Assembly (NCBI GenBank): GCA_030141605.1
Contig: JAQGDQ010000164.1
Coordinates: 62,001 to 126,000, forward strand
DNA length: 64,000 nt
Direction: 5' to 3'
Source of the DNA: Tubiluchus corallicola
Taxonomy: Eukaryota; Animalia; Priapulida
Below, piece after piece: positions 26,699-41,400 of this stretch (position 1 is its first letter; the number at the start of each line of letters is the position of its first letter). The notes below the pieces were generated by a model that did not search any database, was not told the DNA's origin, and saw only the letters and a program-made list of their open reading frames with translations. A program made the translations under genes and the position numbers.

Positions 26699-26994
26699 TC
26701 CAAGTGCATCATTTTAAATTGTGTGATTCACAAAACGTACTAAGCGACTAAAATTCTGAAAACAAATAACAAGCCAAAATAAATAACGTGTTATAAATCT
26801 AAATAAAAAAGACTGTTATTATAAAAAACAAGATACATGTAAATCATACTAAACATTTTGAATCGTTTATATTTAAAATATAGTAAATGTGGAAATACTG
26901 ACTTGTTAGAACAAGTTTCATAACACTAGTTACCCAGCCAAACAGCCACTCCAAGAATCAGATAATCACAGACCCTGCAAGTTTCCAATAACTT

Positions 26995-28293
26995 CTAACT
27001 TCTAGGACGAGTCTTCAGATTAAGTCTGATCTTGCAGGCACCTTCAGTAACAAAACCAGATCTCACATCTAAAAGTGTGGAGTGCTGTACGATACCAAAC
27101 TCACTCCACCACACTGAATCTCTGTAACGTACCTTCCTAATAGTCTTATTCGGATCACAATTCACCAATTCCATCCAGCTATTACTGCAGATCCACACTG
27201 GACTAGCACCGGAATAGACATGAACAGTGACACAGCAGCCACTACATTCGTAATAACCAGTATTGCTACAGCGCACCGATCCACCTCCACAACGACACAA
27301 CCCTACTTTCCACTCAACATTCATGAGATCTGGACAGATCCACTCTATCATCCCAGGAGACAGCTTCTCCATGATACCAACCGGAACAGTAAACGTTGCA
27401 ACTTCTTCATTGGCTGAATTTTTCATTTGGAGATCTTCAGACAACTTGATTGTGCGTTCTTTCATAGGAAACAAACAGGGTGTTTTGTCGTAAGTGTTAA
27501 GACGATGTGAGATGATATTTCTCGTCTCTGTGTCACTCAGTAGTTCTACTGGGCAGTCAGCAAACTCTTCAGCATTCATTAAAGTGAATCTCACTTCATA
27601 CAATATGTCACCCAAAACCAGCCTCTTATTAGCAGCAGTTGGCTCTAACCTCTTTCTCATGCATTCTTCTTCTGCCCAACATAAAATCTTTTCAAACAGT
27701 TTACTTTCCTGGATATGCAGTTCATCACGTTTTACAATCACTAATAGTTTCTCATGCGATAAAGACAAAAACCCTTGAGAAGACATCACAGCTTCAGTGG
27801 ACGTGTCAATAAGCGACAAACACTTTTTCTCTATTTCCGGTTTCTCGTAAAAGGAACAGGCTTCAATAATACTGCACACATTTTCTACAGTCATGTTACA
27901 CTCCAGAAAAGCTATTGCCAAATTCTCAAGCCCATGAATTCTGTATTTTCTTGCAATGTACAAAGTGGCAAGAACGGTTTCACCAGTTACTTTGGCCTTG
28001 TCAGTATATATATACTGCACCAACAGTTGAAAGACTTCAGGTTCCACATCAGGTATTTTAATGATTTCATCTGGCTTATGTCGTAGTGGTCCCGTAAACA
28101 TGGCATTAAAAATGTCACTCCTACTACCAAGTACAAATCGAGTTGCTCGGATGAGTGTAGACTTTTGTCCCACACAGAATGTCACATCACAATAGTATTG
28201 ATTGTTGTACATGAACTCAAATCTTTTGTTCCAATTTTCCAACATGTCCAATATTTCTGCCGTCGTTTGCGGCAAATTCACGCATGTTGCCAT
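26995..28293 (-). CDS. BTB/POZ-BACK protein (BTBD1/2/3/6-like N-terminal part) with probable MATH/TRAF-like C-terminal domain, 432 aa, uninterrupted CDS
   Basis: CDVTFCVG...RFVLGSRSDIFNAMFTG...IPDVEPEVFQLLVQYIYTD (BTB); ESKLFEKILCWAEEEC...LGDILYEVRFTLMNAEEF (BACK). A splice acceptor (CTAG|GTCATG) lies 3 nt upstream of the ATG, implying a 5'UTR intron. Confidence 0.93.
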   Translation of the reverse strand: MATCVNLPQTTAEILDMLENWNKRFEFMYNNQYYCDVTFCVGQKSTLIRATRFVLGSRSDIFNAMFTGPLRHKPDEIIKIPDVEPEVFQLLVQYIYTDKAKVTGETVLATLYIARKYRIHGLENLAIAFLECNMTVENVCSIIEACSFYEKPEIEKKCLSLIDTSTEAVMSSQGFLSLSHEKLLVIVKRDELHIQESKLFEKILCWAEEECMRKRLEPTAANKRLVLGDILYEVRFTLMNAEEFADCPVELLSDTETRNIISHRLNTYDKTPCLFPMKERTIKLSEDLQMKNSANEEVATFTVPVGIMEKLSPGMIEWICPDLMNVEWKVGLCRCGGGSVRCSNTGYYECSGCCVTVHVYSGASPVWICSNSWMELVNCDPNKTIRKVRYRDSVWWSEFGIVQHSTLLDVRSGFVTEGACKIRLNLKTRPRS

Positions 28294-29349
28294 GACCTAG
28301 ATACAAGAAATATTTTATAAAAAGCTAAACATTTCAGTTTATTGATAACTATTAAATATTCTTAAAAATGAACTGCAGAAATTTAATTTTGCTAAGCACA
28401 GCCTATAACACGAGACACAGCAGCTATCCACTTACGACATAGTCAACTTCTAGCTGCTGTGCTACAGAAGGTTTTTCTTTAATCGAGGCAGCAATCTAAT
28501 AATAATTACTACAACAAAAAAATTAACTACAGCAATTGTAATTTGTAATTTATTATCCACTTCGCATATTTTACATTAAAATTTGCATTATCACATTATA
28601 ACTATTATGCATTAAAAATCAAATATAGTTACAGTAATTGTAACAAAATTATATTGATATGCGATTAGATAATATAGTTAAAAAAATGCAAATATAATTA
28701 CAATAATTGTAAAAGAACTATATTAATATAGTTACTGAACTACATAATAGTTTATCAACCAGAAATATATGCTGCATGGTGGTCAAGTTGTAAAGCTTGT
28801 GACATCACCATGAAAAGTGGAAAAAAATGCTTCTTAGCTACAAGAATTATAGAAAAACAGAGAATAGTAAAGATAAAGTAATAAAATAAGATAGAAAAAA
28901 GAAAGGAAATGCGATAGGAAAGAGTTCAGCAAAGACGTGATGCAAAAGTGTGAAAATATGAATAGTAAAGTAACCAGTCGCGAGATGTACTATGAACTTC
29001 GCACTTCACGGCAAAATCCAACAAATGCATTATGAGGATTTGAGTAGAGGAGATTTCAACTATCTTTTAAAGCCATACGATTTTCAATGTGTTATAATTT
29101 TGTTCCATAAACTTGGAGTGGTAAATTTTACAAAGCATTTACCAACATTGGTCCCGCAAAATGGAATATTACACTCATTAAAGCTGGTGAAGCGATATTG
29201 AGGAATACATACGATAGGACTTATGAAACATGGGGGTAATAAACTGTGGTGTGTCTTGTACAGATAGATAGCAATGTGGTAAGAAATTAAACCATGTAAA
29301 TTTAAAATTCCACAGTTATAAAAAAGTATAGGTTCAATTGTGATTTGTT

Positions 29350-31760
29350 TAGTTAAATTATAAGTGATACCACTGGTGTTTGGCTACGTAGCTTAAATTT
29401 GTTGGATATGTTTTCCCTATAGTGCACAACAATAAGTTAAATAGGATAATATTAGACAGTTATATAGCATTATTAAGGGAAATTTGTATAATTTATTTTT
29501 TAATAATTGAGATAATGCCAGCACTTTTTACAATTTTTGAACTGATATAATTAATATTTGGCTTCAATCTAGATTTTCATGAAGCATAATGCCTAAAATT
29601 TTTATAGTTTTAACTCTTTCAATAATTCTCCATAATTATATTGGTCACAATTATTAGACATTTTTTATTTCAGAAATGGAAAATAACACATTTTGTTTTT
29701 ATGGGGTTTAATGATAATCGTGAACTAATCAGCAATTAATTTTAAGAGTTCATTTAATTCTCCAACAGAGTGATAACACAAGTCAAAAAATAAAGTAGTG
29801 TCACAGCTAATTGAAATAAATTATTTCTATTTAGTAACTTGCTTAGATCATTAACGTAAATTAAAAATAATAACGGTCATAGCATAGGGCCTTGAGGCAC
29901 ACCGCATGTCATAGTTTGAGATTTAGAAAGACAGTTATTACATCTGACTATTTATATTCTATTAGACAGATAATTTTCAAACCAATTATAGGCCAAAGCT
30001 AGAACACCACAATGTTTATGAAGTTTTTGAGAGTTTATGAAGAAGAATTGAATGGTCCATGATGTCGAATGCTTTTGACAAATCACAAAATATACCTGCA
30101 GCTATCAAAATGTTTTATATCATGTTTGAAATTTGATCACATGCTTTAATTAGTGCTAACTCAGTGGGGAAACCTTTTCGAAAGCCCAATTGATTATCAC
30201 TAACAATATTATGATTGATTATTGTATTTGAATAACTGATTATGTACGCACCCCTCCAAAAGTTTAGAAAAAATGGCAGCAATAAAACAAGCTAGTAATT
30301 ATTTAAGCTAGTATTTTCTCCACTTTTATACAAGGTGTGTATTACCTTGTATAAGATTCCTTCATTTTATCAGGTACCTAACAAGGACTGAGAAATAAAT
30401 TAATAATGTGGCACATGGGAATTTCAGTATAAGGAATAATATCTGAAACAAACTTAGATGATAAAATGTCAATGCCTGAACTTTTATTGGGATTAAGTGT
30501 TTTGCAAAAGTATCAGAAGGCATTAAACTGTCAAGTGAATACTGGGTTTGATCATCAAATCATTCCAGCTACATTTGGCCCAACATTTACGAAGCGTTGG
30601 TTAAAAGTATCTCATATTAATTGATTATCATTTTTATGATTTTATTGCGAATTTTCAGTTTGATTATGTTCACAGTTTTGCCCTTATTCATTATCTCTTC
30701 CATTGAAGTTCATGTTTTTTTATATTATTTGTGTAACTTTCCAATTTATTTCTATAATAATTATTTTTAGCTGTTCTAATAAGATTATTTAAGAGTCCTG
30801 ATATTGTTTATGATTTGTAAATGTACGGTCATGGGTTTTCAATATACATTTACACATTTCTTTATACATTTTATTTTTATTTCTACAAGACTCCGAAGTT
30901 TTTTTAATTTCATTAGAATTAACAGTTATTTACTTTAATACGCGCACTGTAAATATTATTAAACTTCTTGTAAAACTGTTCAGTTGTTTGATAAACTTCA
31001 TTAATGCTAGTAGTATCAGCCCAATTAGTTATAGACAAATCTCGAATCAACGCATTTTTGGTATTATAAGAGGTCTTATTTTGAAGTCAGATGTTTTTTT
31101 GAATTGGCAAATTTAAGTCAGTAATCAGAAATACTGGTTGATTGCCAGTTTTATCAGTTATAGAATTACCCGCTTTATAATTATACTGGATTATGTTTGT
31201 AAAAATATTGTCAATTAATGTAGCTGTAATATTAGTTTTTCTGTCGAACGTGTAACGGTCAGAAAAACGTAGTTGGCTGTTTTTACATCAAGACAGTTTT
31301 TTATCATTATAAAGTTCATGGTTTCATAAATTGATGTTAAAATTGCCTGCTATGAATGAATGTTCTGACTGATTGTTTACGTTACTTATAATATCCAACA
31401 AATAGTCAGTAAATTGGAGTAAACACTCTCAGAAGGGCAATATACAGAGCCAACAACTATATCTTATCATTATTATAAGTAATTTCAATAAAAATGGATT
31501 CAATATCTTCCTCAGGGAGGGTTAAATCATTATGAAGTAGATAAGTTACATTGTTTTTAATAAGCAATGCCACTCCCCCACCGCCTTTATCACTTTTCCT
31601 ATTAATAAAAACAGCATTATAACCTGGAAATGGATTGTAAAATCTATATCATCACAAAGCCAGGTTTCAGTTTATGCTATTGTATTTAACAATGCGTTTG
31701 TATTGCTAAAAAAATAATATCGGAGTGAGCATTATGCAAGTTTTTATGTTGTTGCTAAGT
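29350..31760 (-). mobile_element. Decayed non-LTR retrotransposon (CR1/L2 clade) ORF2: APE endonuclease plus reverse transcriptase
   Basis: Minus strand motifs in the expected order: ETWL (about 31665), GGGVA (about 31575), TLIDNIFTN (about 31210), LSKAFD (about 30070), CGVPQG...PLLFLIYVNDL (about 29845-29905); many stops and frameshifts. Confidence 0.88.
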
Positions 31761-33644
31761 AATGATTCTGGACCATCAATTAAATCCAAAATGAGAGAAT
31801 TAATATCAATTATAGCACCAGCACTAATATATCGAGTACTTAAATAAAAATAAATAAAAAGAAATTGTCAACTGATTACGCTTTACCGGTCTAGAATACT
31901 GCTGAACCATTGAGAGACTGAGAAGAAAAGAAATAGCAAAAAAAGACAAAACAAAAAATGGCAGAAGAACTTTGCGACAAGGACAACAAAATGCGACAGA
32001 TTGCAGAGTCGGTTACAGCCCCATACCAAATATTATGATGGACAGTATTAAATTACACAATAGCTAGTAACAAATAGTTGCACTATTGAATTTTAATTAA
32101 ACTACAAGCCATGCACGACAGCAGCAGACAATGAATACCACTAGAAAACTTGGTTTTCTTATGAAACCTAATCAAACATGCCAACTTATAAAAATCGTCT
32201 CGTGCTAAACTGCTGAAGCAATACATAAGACTTCCGAGTGAATGTGCATTAATTTTGTGCAACCAGTACTTTGGGGCAGCCGTCATAGATAATAATATTA
32301 TTTACGTAACGAAGTAATATAGATATCTGTGGCAGCCGTAACCAAGAATTACCCAATGCAATAGGCGCACCGACAAAACCGATGTATTTGCACGCAGTTG
32401 AGCTGTGTGTACTGAACATGAATGAGACTTTGCTTTAAGTTCAAAATATTATCACTAGGAAACATTTTGAGTGAAAAAAAACGATCGCCGGTGCAGCTTT
32501 AAAGTCAAAGTAATTCAATAAGAAACATCTAGTACAGCTGCATGCTCACGCTCAACTCATTACAATTGTCTCGGGCAGACTTGCAAAAATAAGGAGGAAC
32601 TAATTTATATTGTACCCCAGACTGACAACATAGACGACAGTCGACGGGCCTTTGCTAATTTATGTTTGCAAGAAACAGAAGTATAGTGTGGTTCTATGTT
32701 ATGAGCATTATGACTTTGCATTATTGTTTTTGACTTTAGAAAATTGTTTTTCTGAAAATGTTGTCAAACGTTTATATCTGAAATAAAAAACTTGGCGACC
32801 ATTTTCATAAAAAAAGGCATAAACTGACATTTAAAATACTATTTTCTAATGTATCATACGATGGGAAAGACATAACCATCAAGTTGAGATTTTCAATGAA
32901 CTCGCTTGTAAGCTTACTACCTACAGGCAGTTGAGATGGACTGGTATGTCACTCGCAGCCAGAAGGTTGCTTTCCTTTAAACGTGTTGTACTTCTGACGA
33001 ATTAGTCCTAAGTAATGCTGATTACGGATTGGACACCATAGCCATGCATGTCAGGACTCAATTTTGATCTTAAAGCTCCGTGGACAGCGGTTGTGGGAAG
33101 TCACTTTAAATGAACTTGGAATATTGAAACATTATATTTCTGGTAGACCATATGCACTTTTATACAACTGGTAATAGATTATGCAGTCTAGAATGCTTAC
33201 TAGTTGAGTTATCTTGACCTCAAAGCTGCATCGATGGCTATTTTGAATGGCATTGACAGTGATTGACTTTAAATGAGCATGAAACTTAAATTTTCTGACA
33301 AATCACATTTGTATCGGCTGATAATACATTTATACAGTCTAAAACTTTACCTTTATCTACCCACCCCCTAATCTATGGTTAAAATGCTTAAAATTACGTA
33401 ATTATGATATTGCAACCAATCTATTATTAATTTTAAATGAACTCACATTCATCTCATAGCTATCTAAAATCCAATGACTAATATAATATAAAATCTAATA
33501 TCAAAAATAGCAAATGTATAAAAGTTTTATGTAACGTAATGTGTGTTCTTTGTTGTTAATCGCACTGGAGGCATTTGTCTTGAGCGGTGTTGTTATTTTA
33601 ACATAACGCTGAGGCTTACTCAGTTTTAATGTAAAGAAAGAAGC

Positions 33645-33645
<1 letters not shown>

Positions 33646-33736
<91 letters not shown>

Positions 33737-33777
33737 TGTTCTCTCTCTCTCTCTTTCTCTCTCTCTCTTTGTCTCTC

Positions 33778-33830
<53 letters not shown>

Positions 33831-33850
33831 CTCTCTTTTTCTCTCTCACA
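33646..33850. repeat. (CT)n/(GA)n microsatellite
   Basis: About 200 bp of imperfect CT repeat. Confidence 0.98.
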
Positions 33851-35837
33851 CACCCTCTTTTCCCTTCTAGTCACCGGGGAAGAAAAGGGAATTTTAAATT
33901 TTAAAGTATATTTCAAAGATCTTGCTGTATACAGTAACAGTACTTTGCGTTACGCTTTATTGTTTGAAATATTTATGTAATTGGAAAAGAAAGTTCTTAA
34001 TAATTTAAAATATTCACAGCACCTGGCAAAATGGCACTGCATCGCCATTGCAGTGTGCACCACTGGTTCACCAAAAACACAGTTATTATTGATTATTGAT
34101 TTTATTGACAATACGAAGTAATCTCAACTTTTGCTCATTTAGCGAAGAATCTGCTACAAATGTTTTGATTATTTTTTCAAACATTACGCAATTTGAGTTT
34201 TTTAAGCTTTATTTACGAACAATGTTTTCTTGTGCTTTTTACATGCATAAGATATATTACATTACATAACACTTTTTACATTTACTATTTTAGATATTAG
34301 ATTAACATTTTTCATAAAAATGCAGGTTTTCAAGAATCTCTAAAAAGCTCTTTCAAACATTTTTAGTAAAACCAAACGAAGAGAGTTTACAAAAAATACA
34401 ATTACATATATTTTCCCTGCGTACTTTAATTGAGAAATATCTGGATATCTTAAATATGCGTTTACTCACTTGCGATTGTGCAATATCACTACCTGAATTT
34501 AAAAATATGGGCAAATTGCAATTCCAGATACAGCATGTAGACACTTTTCAATAATACTGATTACTACAAATGATTGTTAAAGTGACTTTTTCATATTATT
34601 CTTTTAAAAAGATAAGTCATTAGTGTTATTTGGAGGCGGGCGACGGCTGGATAACTGAGTGACGATGTTGTGCTTAATCAAAGTTAAGCAACACAAAAAC
34701 TGGTCAATACATGGGTTACACTCACTCTGGACGCTTTTATTCGCCTTACTGTTTGCAATTTTATATATCACTGAGAGAACAAATATATATATATACTGTC
34801 TCGTTTTATAGGGTTAGCCTTGATTATGGGTTAAAACAGTCATTCTCTGCCAGGCCTCTCTAGGCCACGCCTGTGGGTACGTCCATTGCGGCCACATCTG
34901 TTGACTGAAAACGACACTAATCCACGATAATCTTAGTTTATTGGCTGGGTTTATTGAATCATTTAACTGGTATCAGTTACGATCTACATATCAGGCACTT
35001 ACATCTGTGGTAAATTGTCCAAGCGCTTGGGGACTTCTTGCCGCTCCAGCAGTGCCTACACCCTACAGCATTGTCTATTGTTATACACTGGGCTAATAAC
35101 GAATCTAATTAAAGCGATTTTTCGTTCTACATAATTAGTGCTATGCTTTTTGAGATTTTTTTCTTTACTCATATCCAAATCTGGTTTCCAATCCAGATAT
35201 TCATTCAAGTAGCACTGAGTAAATTATAAGATTATCGTTAGTGTGACATATGAACAGAAAATAAGATTAATGTAATTTTTGTTATAGACTAAACTATATG
35301 AGGAACTCTTATGGAGAGAAAAAAAGCCAAAGAAAGTACATCGCTATGAGTTAGGGGAAAAATGATTAATTCCTAATCATTATACACGTTATTTATTCCT
35401 ACAGTGAATTCACCTTTAGTATACCATGCTTTGCTACATTTCACCACCTCATTATAATGATATTTGTTTTATATAACAGCTTGCGTTACATCACAAAACA
35501 CTACAGTGCTAATTGTCTTAGAAAATAAAACTAAACATTGTATTTAATTATATGAAGCTTTCAGTTTCGCAACGTATCCACTGCACAGCATACAGCAACG
35601 TGTATAATCACCTTCAAGTAATAAAAAAACTTAATTATAGCTGGCCACAAAAATTAATAATAATTATGATTTTATGATTAATTAATGACCCGCAGAACTT
35701 TTAGGTTGAAAACTAATCAAAATAAAAAAGTAATCTAATTACTGGAGTGTAAGCGATCTAATATTCGAAAATAATGCCTGATTCGGTAGGCACACTACAA
35801 GGGTCGATGAACTTTGAACTGCCTATACCACTAATGA

Positions 35838-35910
35838 GTGCAATTTCCTAGTGGTCTAAGGCGTATGCAATGTAAGCAGAAGGTTCCTAGTTCAAATCTA
35901 GACTGAAGAA
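35838..35910 (+). mobile_element. Degenerate tRNA-like sequence (SINE head or tRNA pseudogene)
   Basis: A-box-like CCTAGTGGTCTAAGG and B-box-like AGTTCAAATCT at tRNA spacing; acceptor stem does not pair. Confidence 0.45.
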
Positions 35911-36019
35911 AATTTGTTCACGTTTTTTCTGTTTTCTGGTTCTCAAGTTCGATATCTACAAGTTTACAGGTTTAATTAATTGTGAGTTTATAAAATTGTT
36001 TACCGAACTATTTAGGTGT

Positions 36020-36960
36020 CTTTAAAACTTCAGCCAATTAAGATGAAACCAGTCAATCAATCTCGCCCAAAGAATGTTGGTACGATCAAGCAGAAGAGTG
36101 TTGCAAACCTGCAATAACTACTGCGCTTATAAGTTCGCTCTAACTTCAGACCCTTTATTGCGTCTGCTGTTATGGCACTCAAAGCTCCAATGCCGCCCAA
36201 TGAGCGTCACTGGAATAAGGTGTTCCAGGCTCAAGCCTCAAATCAATAATTTTTCCAGTAGTTGTGCGCAGTGTAATACCTCTCTTCTTTTATCAAATTT
36301 TGGAGAAAAGGTACGTCAATTAATTTTTTACTTCGCCTGAAATGTCGATTTATGTACAACATGTAAAATTGAGTGAAAACAAATACTTATTGCATCCAGA
36401 AAAACACGTTTTTACTGCAGCTTTAACGGCTCTTTGTTTTGTTCGCGCAATCGCAATGGCGGCCTTTGAATTTTTCGCGATAGCTCGGTCGTTTTATGTA
36501 CAAATGGCGTTAAATTTAAAATCATCTGAACTAAAATTCATTTCACTTTCAGTAGCTTAAAAGTTTGCCCAAAGAATCACGTAATTATTAGTATCAGAAT
36601 GGCAGCAGACGGGCCAATACTGTCTTGTTGCCAAGCCGACCTGAACTAAAGTTGGGCGCAACCGCGTACGCAGTCGCAGCTTTGTGACTCCAGAATTAAC
36701 AAATATTTTGGCCAACTGCGCACCACCCGGGCCAAATACTTGCTCAGATGAGTTTTTATAGTTCACCGACATGCGTATAGTGACAAGGATAATGGATTCC
36801 GTGTTCGGAGAGGACTAAAATAAAGCGAAGAAATTTGGCTTGTTCTCCATCGTTGCCATAATTGAGCATTGCAAATGGCAGCCATTAAAATAAAAAATGT
36901 ACAGCATGTCTCTGTGATAGTATAGATTGAGCGCGTTGATATATAAATAGAAACCTCAGT
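36020..36960 (+). promoter_or_regulatory. Probable NRF1 promoter / first non-coding exon region
   Basis: CpG-enriched versus flanks; CCAAT boxes at about 36034, 36187 and 36197; donor AAG|GTACGT at 36310/36311; the first coding exon has an acceptor at 38402. Confidence 0.5.
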
Positions 36961-38433
36961 TTCGTTCAATGTTAAACTTTTTTGTTGGCATGCTCTACTT
37001 TTTGCTTTAATTTTGTTATGCTTTGGACATGTTGATATACTATTATGGATTTATTTCCATATTTTTGTTATAAAAATTGTGTTTTTTGAAGAACTATTCT
37101 AGACATGTTGATGTCTAAGAGAATAATTAATACATGATGTCTAAATGCCTATACTATAGTTATCAGAAAAAGTTTATAATAAAAAAATAGATGGGAATAT
37201 ATATTTTAATTAACATTTTATAGGTACTTTAAATTTCTATAGCTTTTGTTCAAAGTAATTTTAGACAAAAGTTTTTTGAGAAAATCTAGTTTAACTTTTA
37301 ATTTTAATGATTTTAAGCTGATGTTTATTTAACAACAGTCACTTTAGCTGGTGGCTATTATATATTTATTGTTCATAGCTAAATAAATTAGACTTATGAA
37401 TGAAAATTTCTTTCAGCTGTGGCTGTTTCACCATTTAATTAACTCATGGCCCACCCACTGCATACTACAGCTTTCAACTTAACTTGTTGACCATTAGACA
37501 TGAGACACACAATATAGTGGGTGCATTTGTAGACTGTGCATATGCTAACAACATTCTTAATCAAGTGCTTTAAATTGCAAATTGATTTATTTATTTGTGA
37601 GGCATCAGAATACCTCACGATTCTTTAAAATTGTGCAGACTGTTTCAGATATGCTAATGATCTCACTCTTCTAGCTCCTTTTTGAAAGGGTTACAGTTAG
37701 TGGTTAAATGTGTGACTAAATTACGTGCTACATGGAGAAATGCTGTTTTAAATGATGTGTAGCTTATTTCCGAGAACACATCGTAATATCGTTGTTCTTC
37801 TTTCTGACTGCTTACTTTAGAAATGAGCTTTAAATTAGGATACTGCAAATTTGCAAACTGTGTTTTAAATCATCGTGTGCCAATAATTAGTCACATGGTT
37901 AACAATGATTGTAATGCTTTGTAACCTATTCTTATTATATTGTAACAATTTTACTGAAACTTTATGCTTTGAAATAAGAATTCTGGCTCATAAATTAGCA
38001 TTGCTGTATGCTGAAATTTTAAATATGTATCAAAAAACATTCCTGGTGATATAACAAGTAAAATTAGTGTTTTAAAGGAAATGATTGATATGCATGAAAT
38101 TATACTAAACTGTGATGTTGTCCGATCACCTGATGTCAACTGCATTATTAATGAAATATGCATCAATTAGTATATGATTTTACAGGCGTCTTTTCTAAAT
38201 GTGTTTTTTAGTTATTATAGGCTGTACGTGTTTTTATTGTAAATATTTTTTGTAGTGTTTTTGTGTTCCATGTCATTCTTTAAATCATGTGCAATAAAGA
38301 TATATAGTTTATGTATATTTATGGGTTATATGTGTGTTTACATAATCATCATAGTTAAGTCAGAAAGTGAAACAATAATTGCAACTCATTTCATTGTTAC
38401 AGCTCCGCTGTCTAACCCAGCAGGCTGGCGCCG

Positions 38434-41400
38434 ATGAATTCTGTAGACAGCTCAATCAACAACAGCATCATGTCGGACGAGATGAGCGACGACAGCTCAC
38501 CAGAGTCACCGTTCGACGACAACGACCTCTTGTCCGGTGATGTGGGGGATGAAGTCACTGCCCAGCTGGCTGCAGCTGGTATGCAGCTATAATCACTTAT
38601 CAGTTTTAAAATTTGTTTTTCTTGCCTGACGTCTCATGAAATTTATTTAAACGTCCTTTTTATGCTTGTGCTAAAGTTAAGTTCATCAAAAAATGAAAGG
38701 TTTGTTTGTTTTTGACATGGCAAAAATAGTTTCTGAGTGCCACAATAAAACTGAGCAATGTACTAGATTAACAACCCATGATCTGCAATCTGGCTTGTTG
38801 AAAATTCAATATCTTACCAAAGTTTTCACATAAGAATCTTCATTGCTAAGTTTGTAAGGTTACGATCACCACATCTAAGTAAATATTTTCGAAATACAAG
38901 GGAGAATTTTTTGCTAGGAATAAATGTCCCCATTACAATTGTATGCAGTAATGAGTTGGAGAAAGAAAGATGACCTTGAAAAATTGTAGACTAGTTGGGA
39001 TTTGAACTAGAGACTTGGGATTAGCAGTCCCATGCTGGGCCAGCTTAGGTACTAGTTCAACACGACAGAGCTGGCCCGAGATTTCCTCCTTGTAACACAC
39101 AATTCAACAACGCCACCTGTTCCTATATACCGCAATGGTTGATAAAACTTTGGCAACCACAGTCATAATCTAACTAATTAACGATATTGTTAGTTGTCAG
39201 CTAATTTGAGAAAAGTGTTCATACGATGGTGACTATTTTGACTATTTATACTTTTAATGTAACATAGGCTACCAGCTTATTTACATGTTATAAGATACTC
39301 ACAATGATAACAATCTTTTTGGAATGGCAGTTTATTCCAAAGACACAAACTAACTACAGTTCATGGAACTAATGTGTATTATGCCAGGCCACAAGCACCT
39401 ATTTTCCATTTTTTTCATGAATACCAACGTAAAAATTGATCAGTGCTATAGAATGTTGCAAAAAATCCTTTCGCATTATTAGGTTTCTCTCACAAGCCTA
39501 ACTCCATATTTTATTATATGTGATGTGTTCAACTTTGGTTTTTTAGGTCCAGTTGGTGTTGCTGCTGCTGCAGCAATTGCAGGTGCAAAAAAGCGAAAAC
39601 GCCCTCATTCATTCGAAACAAACCCGTCCATACGCAAGCGCCACCAAACCAGACTAATCAGGTAAAAATTTGAAGTGTTACCTATGTACCTGAATGAGAA
39701 TTCTCTTTGGAAACTGCTTTGCCTAATTAGTAAGGCCATTTCAGGCTGGGTTAGTACATTGCCTAGAAGTTTATTTGCCCTAGTTTGTAATTATCTGGCC
39801 TGTTCAGTAAAGTTTCATATGGTGTGGTTAGTAGACTCTAACAGTGTCTAATTAGTACAGTTTTAAATAGTTTACATAGAGATTATAAACAGAGTATTAA
39901 CATAATCCTTGATACTGCGGTTGGTTATTATACAGGGGTCTGAATACTGTTAGCAGTCTTTTATTACATAATTAGTGAAACTTTATACACCTGATTAGTA
40001 ACTGATATCATATGCAAGTTGGTTAATGGATTCTTTATTAGGTTGATAAGTAACTTATAGTATGTTATGTAAGTTAGTTCATAGAACCGTTACAGCAGAG
40101 CTAGCAGTATTTAAATGGGTTGGTCGATAAAGTAAAGTCCTATATGATCCGTAGTATAAACTTACACTAAAGCTTACTTATTGTTAATGACTACGGTGTT
40201 AAAGTAATGTTTGCTAAAAGTAGGCTTTGTGTAGTGCATAAACTAACTCTTTGCCAGTTTGCTCTGTTGGCTGCTTTATTTTAACTTGTCTGTTTTTAGA
40301 AAACTGAAGAGCACTATTGATGAGTATAGCACCAGAGTTGGTCAGCAGGCTGTAGTGATGGTGTGCAATCCAGGAAAACCAAATCCGGTATTCAAAGTGT
40401 TTGGAGCCAATCCACTGGAATCCGTCGTAAGTGTAGGTTTGCCATATGTACGTTTATTACGAAAGAAAGAACTAATTATATGAGCAATCCCCTGCTTAAC
40501 TTCTTTCAAATCCATTGTATTTTGGTTTGGTTGATTAGACACAATTCAGTTGTACGGTGGCCGTGTTATTTTTCAGAATTAAGACATTTGGGATAGATAG
40601 TACTGCAGTTTCAGATACCAATTTTAAGGGTTATACAATATTGGTTGCTTAAAAATTTAACAGTCAGAACATTAACACCATGTCAGTTACATTGTCATTA
40701 TGTAGTTAAACCTGCTACACCAATGTGCAGGTATCTCCTTATAAGTTTTCAAATTTTAGTATAATTAACTTTTTACTTCATTACGTAGAATTAATTTCTC
40801 ATCTTTTATTCGTTAAAAGTGAATTATAAATTATGGCACAGCTTTTAAAAAAACCGTAAGGATAAAAAATTGGCTGGCTTTTTGCTGGACTTTTACCAAG
40901 TTGCAGCTTTAATTTGTAGCTTTCTGCAAAACTAATATGAAACTGTAATGCCTTTAGATATATGAAGCTGTTGTAAAAGAGACAAATTTGCCCTTTCATG
41001 GCGTCAACCCAACCAAGTTATCATGTGTTTAAAAAGAAATTCATTTATGCTCCATCTACTTTAGTCTGCTGTAGTCTATTTTTAGTTGTGAATTTGTTTG
41101 TTATAATAATGTGAGGCTTGGTTTCTTTATATTCAAAAACATGTAAATTAACTTATTATTCATATTTGTACATCATCTAATAAAAATATACACAGAATAT
41201 AAGAAATATGCATAAGAAACAGAATCAGGTGACAAGTTACTTTTCACAAACAAAGACATGAACTACATAACAGCCTGCAGTATTTTACTAGGCTTGCAAC
41301 TAATTCATATTCATCTAGCATTAGAATTAGAATTTTCTTTGCACTATCTTTTCAAAAAGTCTCTGAATAACTGTTTTTGGCAGTGGTACAACTCGTAAGG

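Noticed and set aside
27220-28175. Short ORFs overlapping the BTB gene
   Set aside because: Antisense or alternative-frame shadows of the real CDS.
33501-33916. RE-dipeptide ORFs
   Set aside because: (GA)n microsatellite.
34630-34720. Weak 5S rRNA-like sequence (AAGTTAAGCA...CTGGTCAATAC)
   Set aside because: Too degenerate to call an rRNA gene; at most a SINE remnant.
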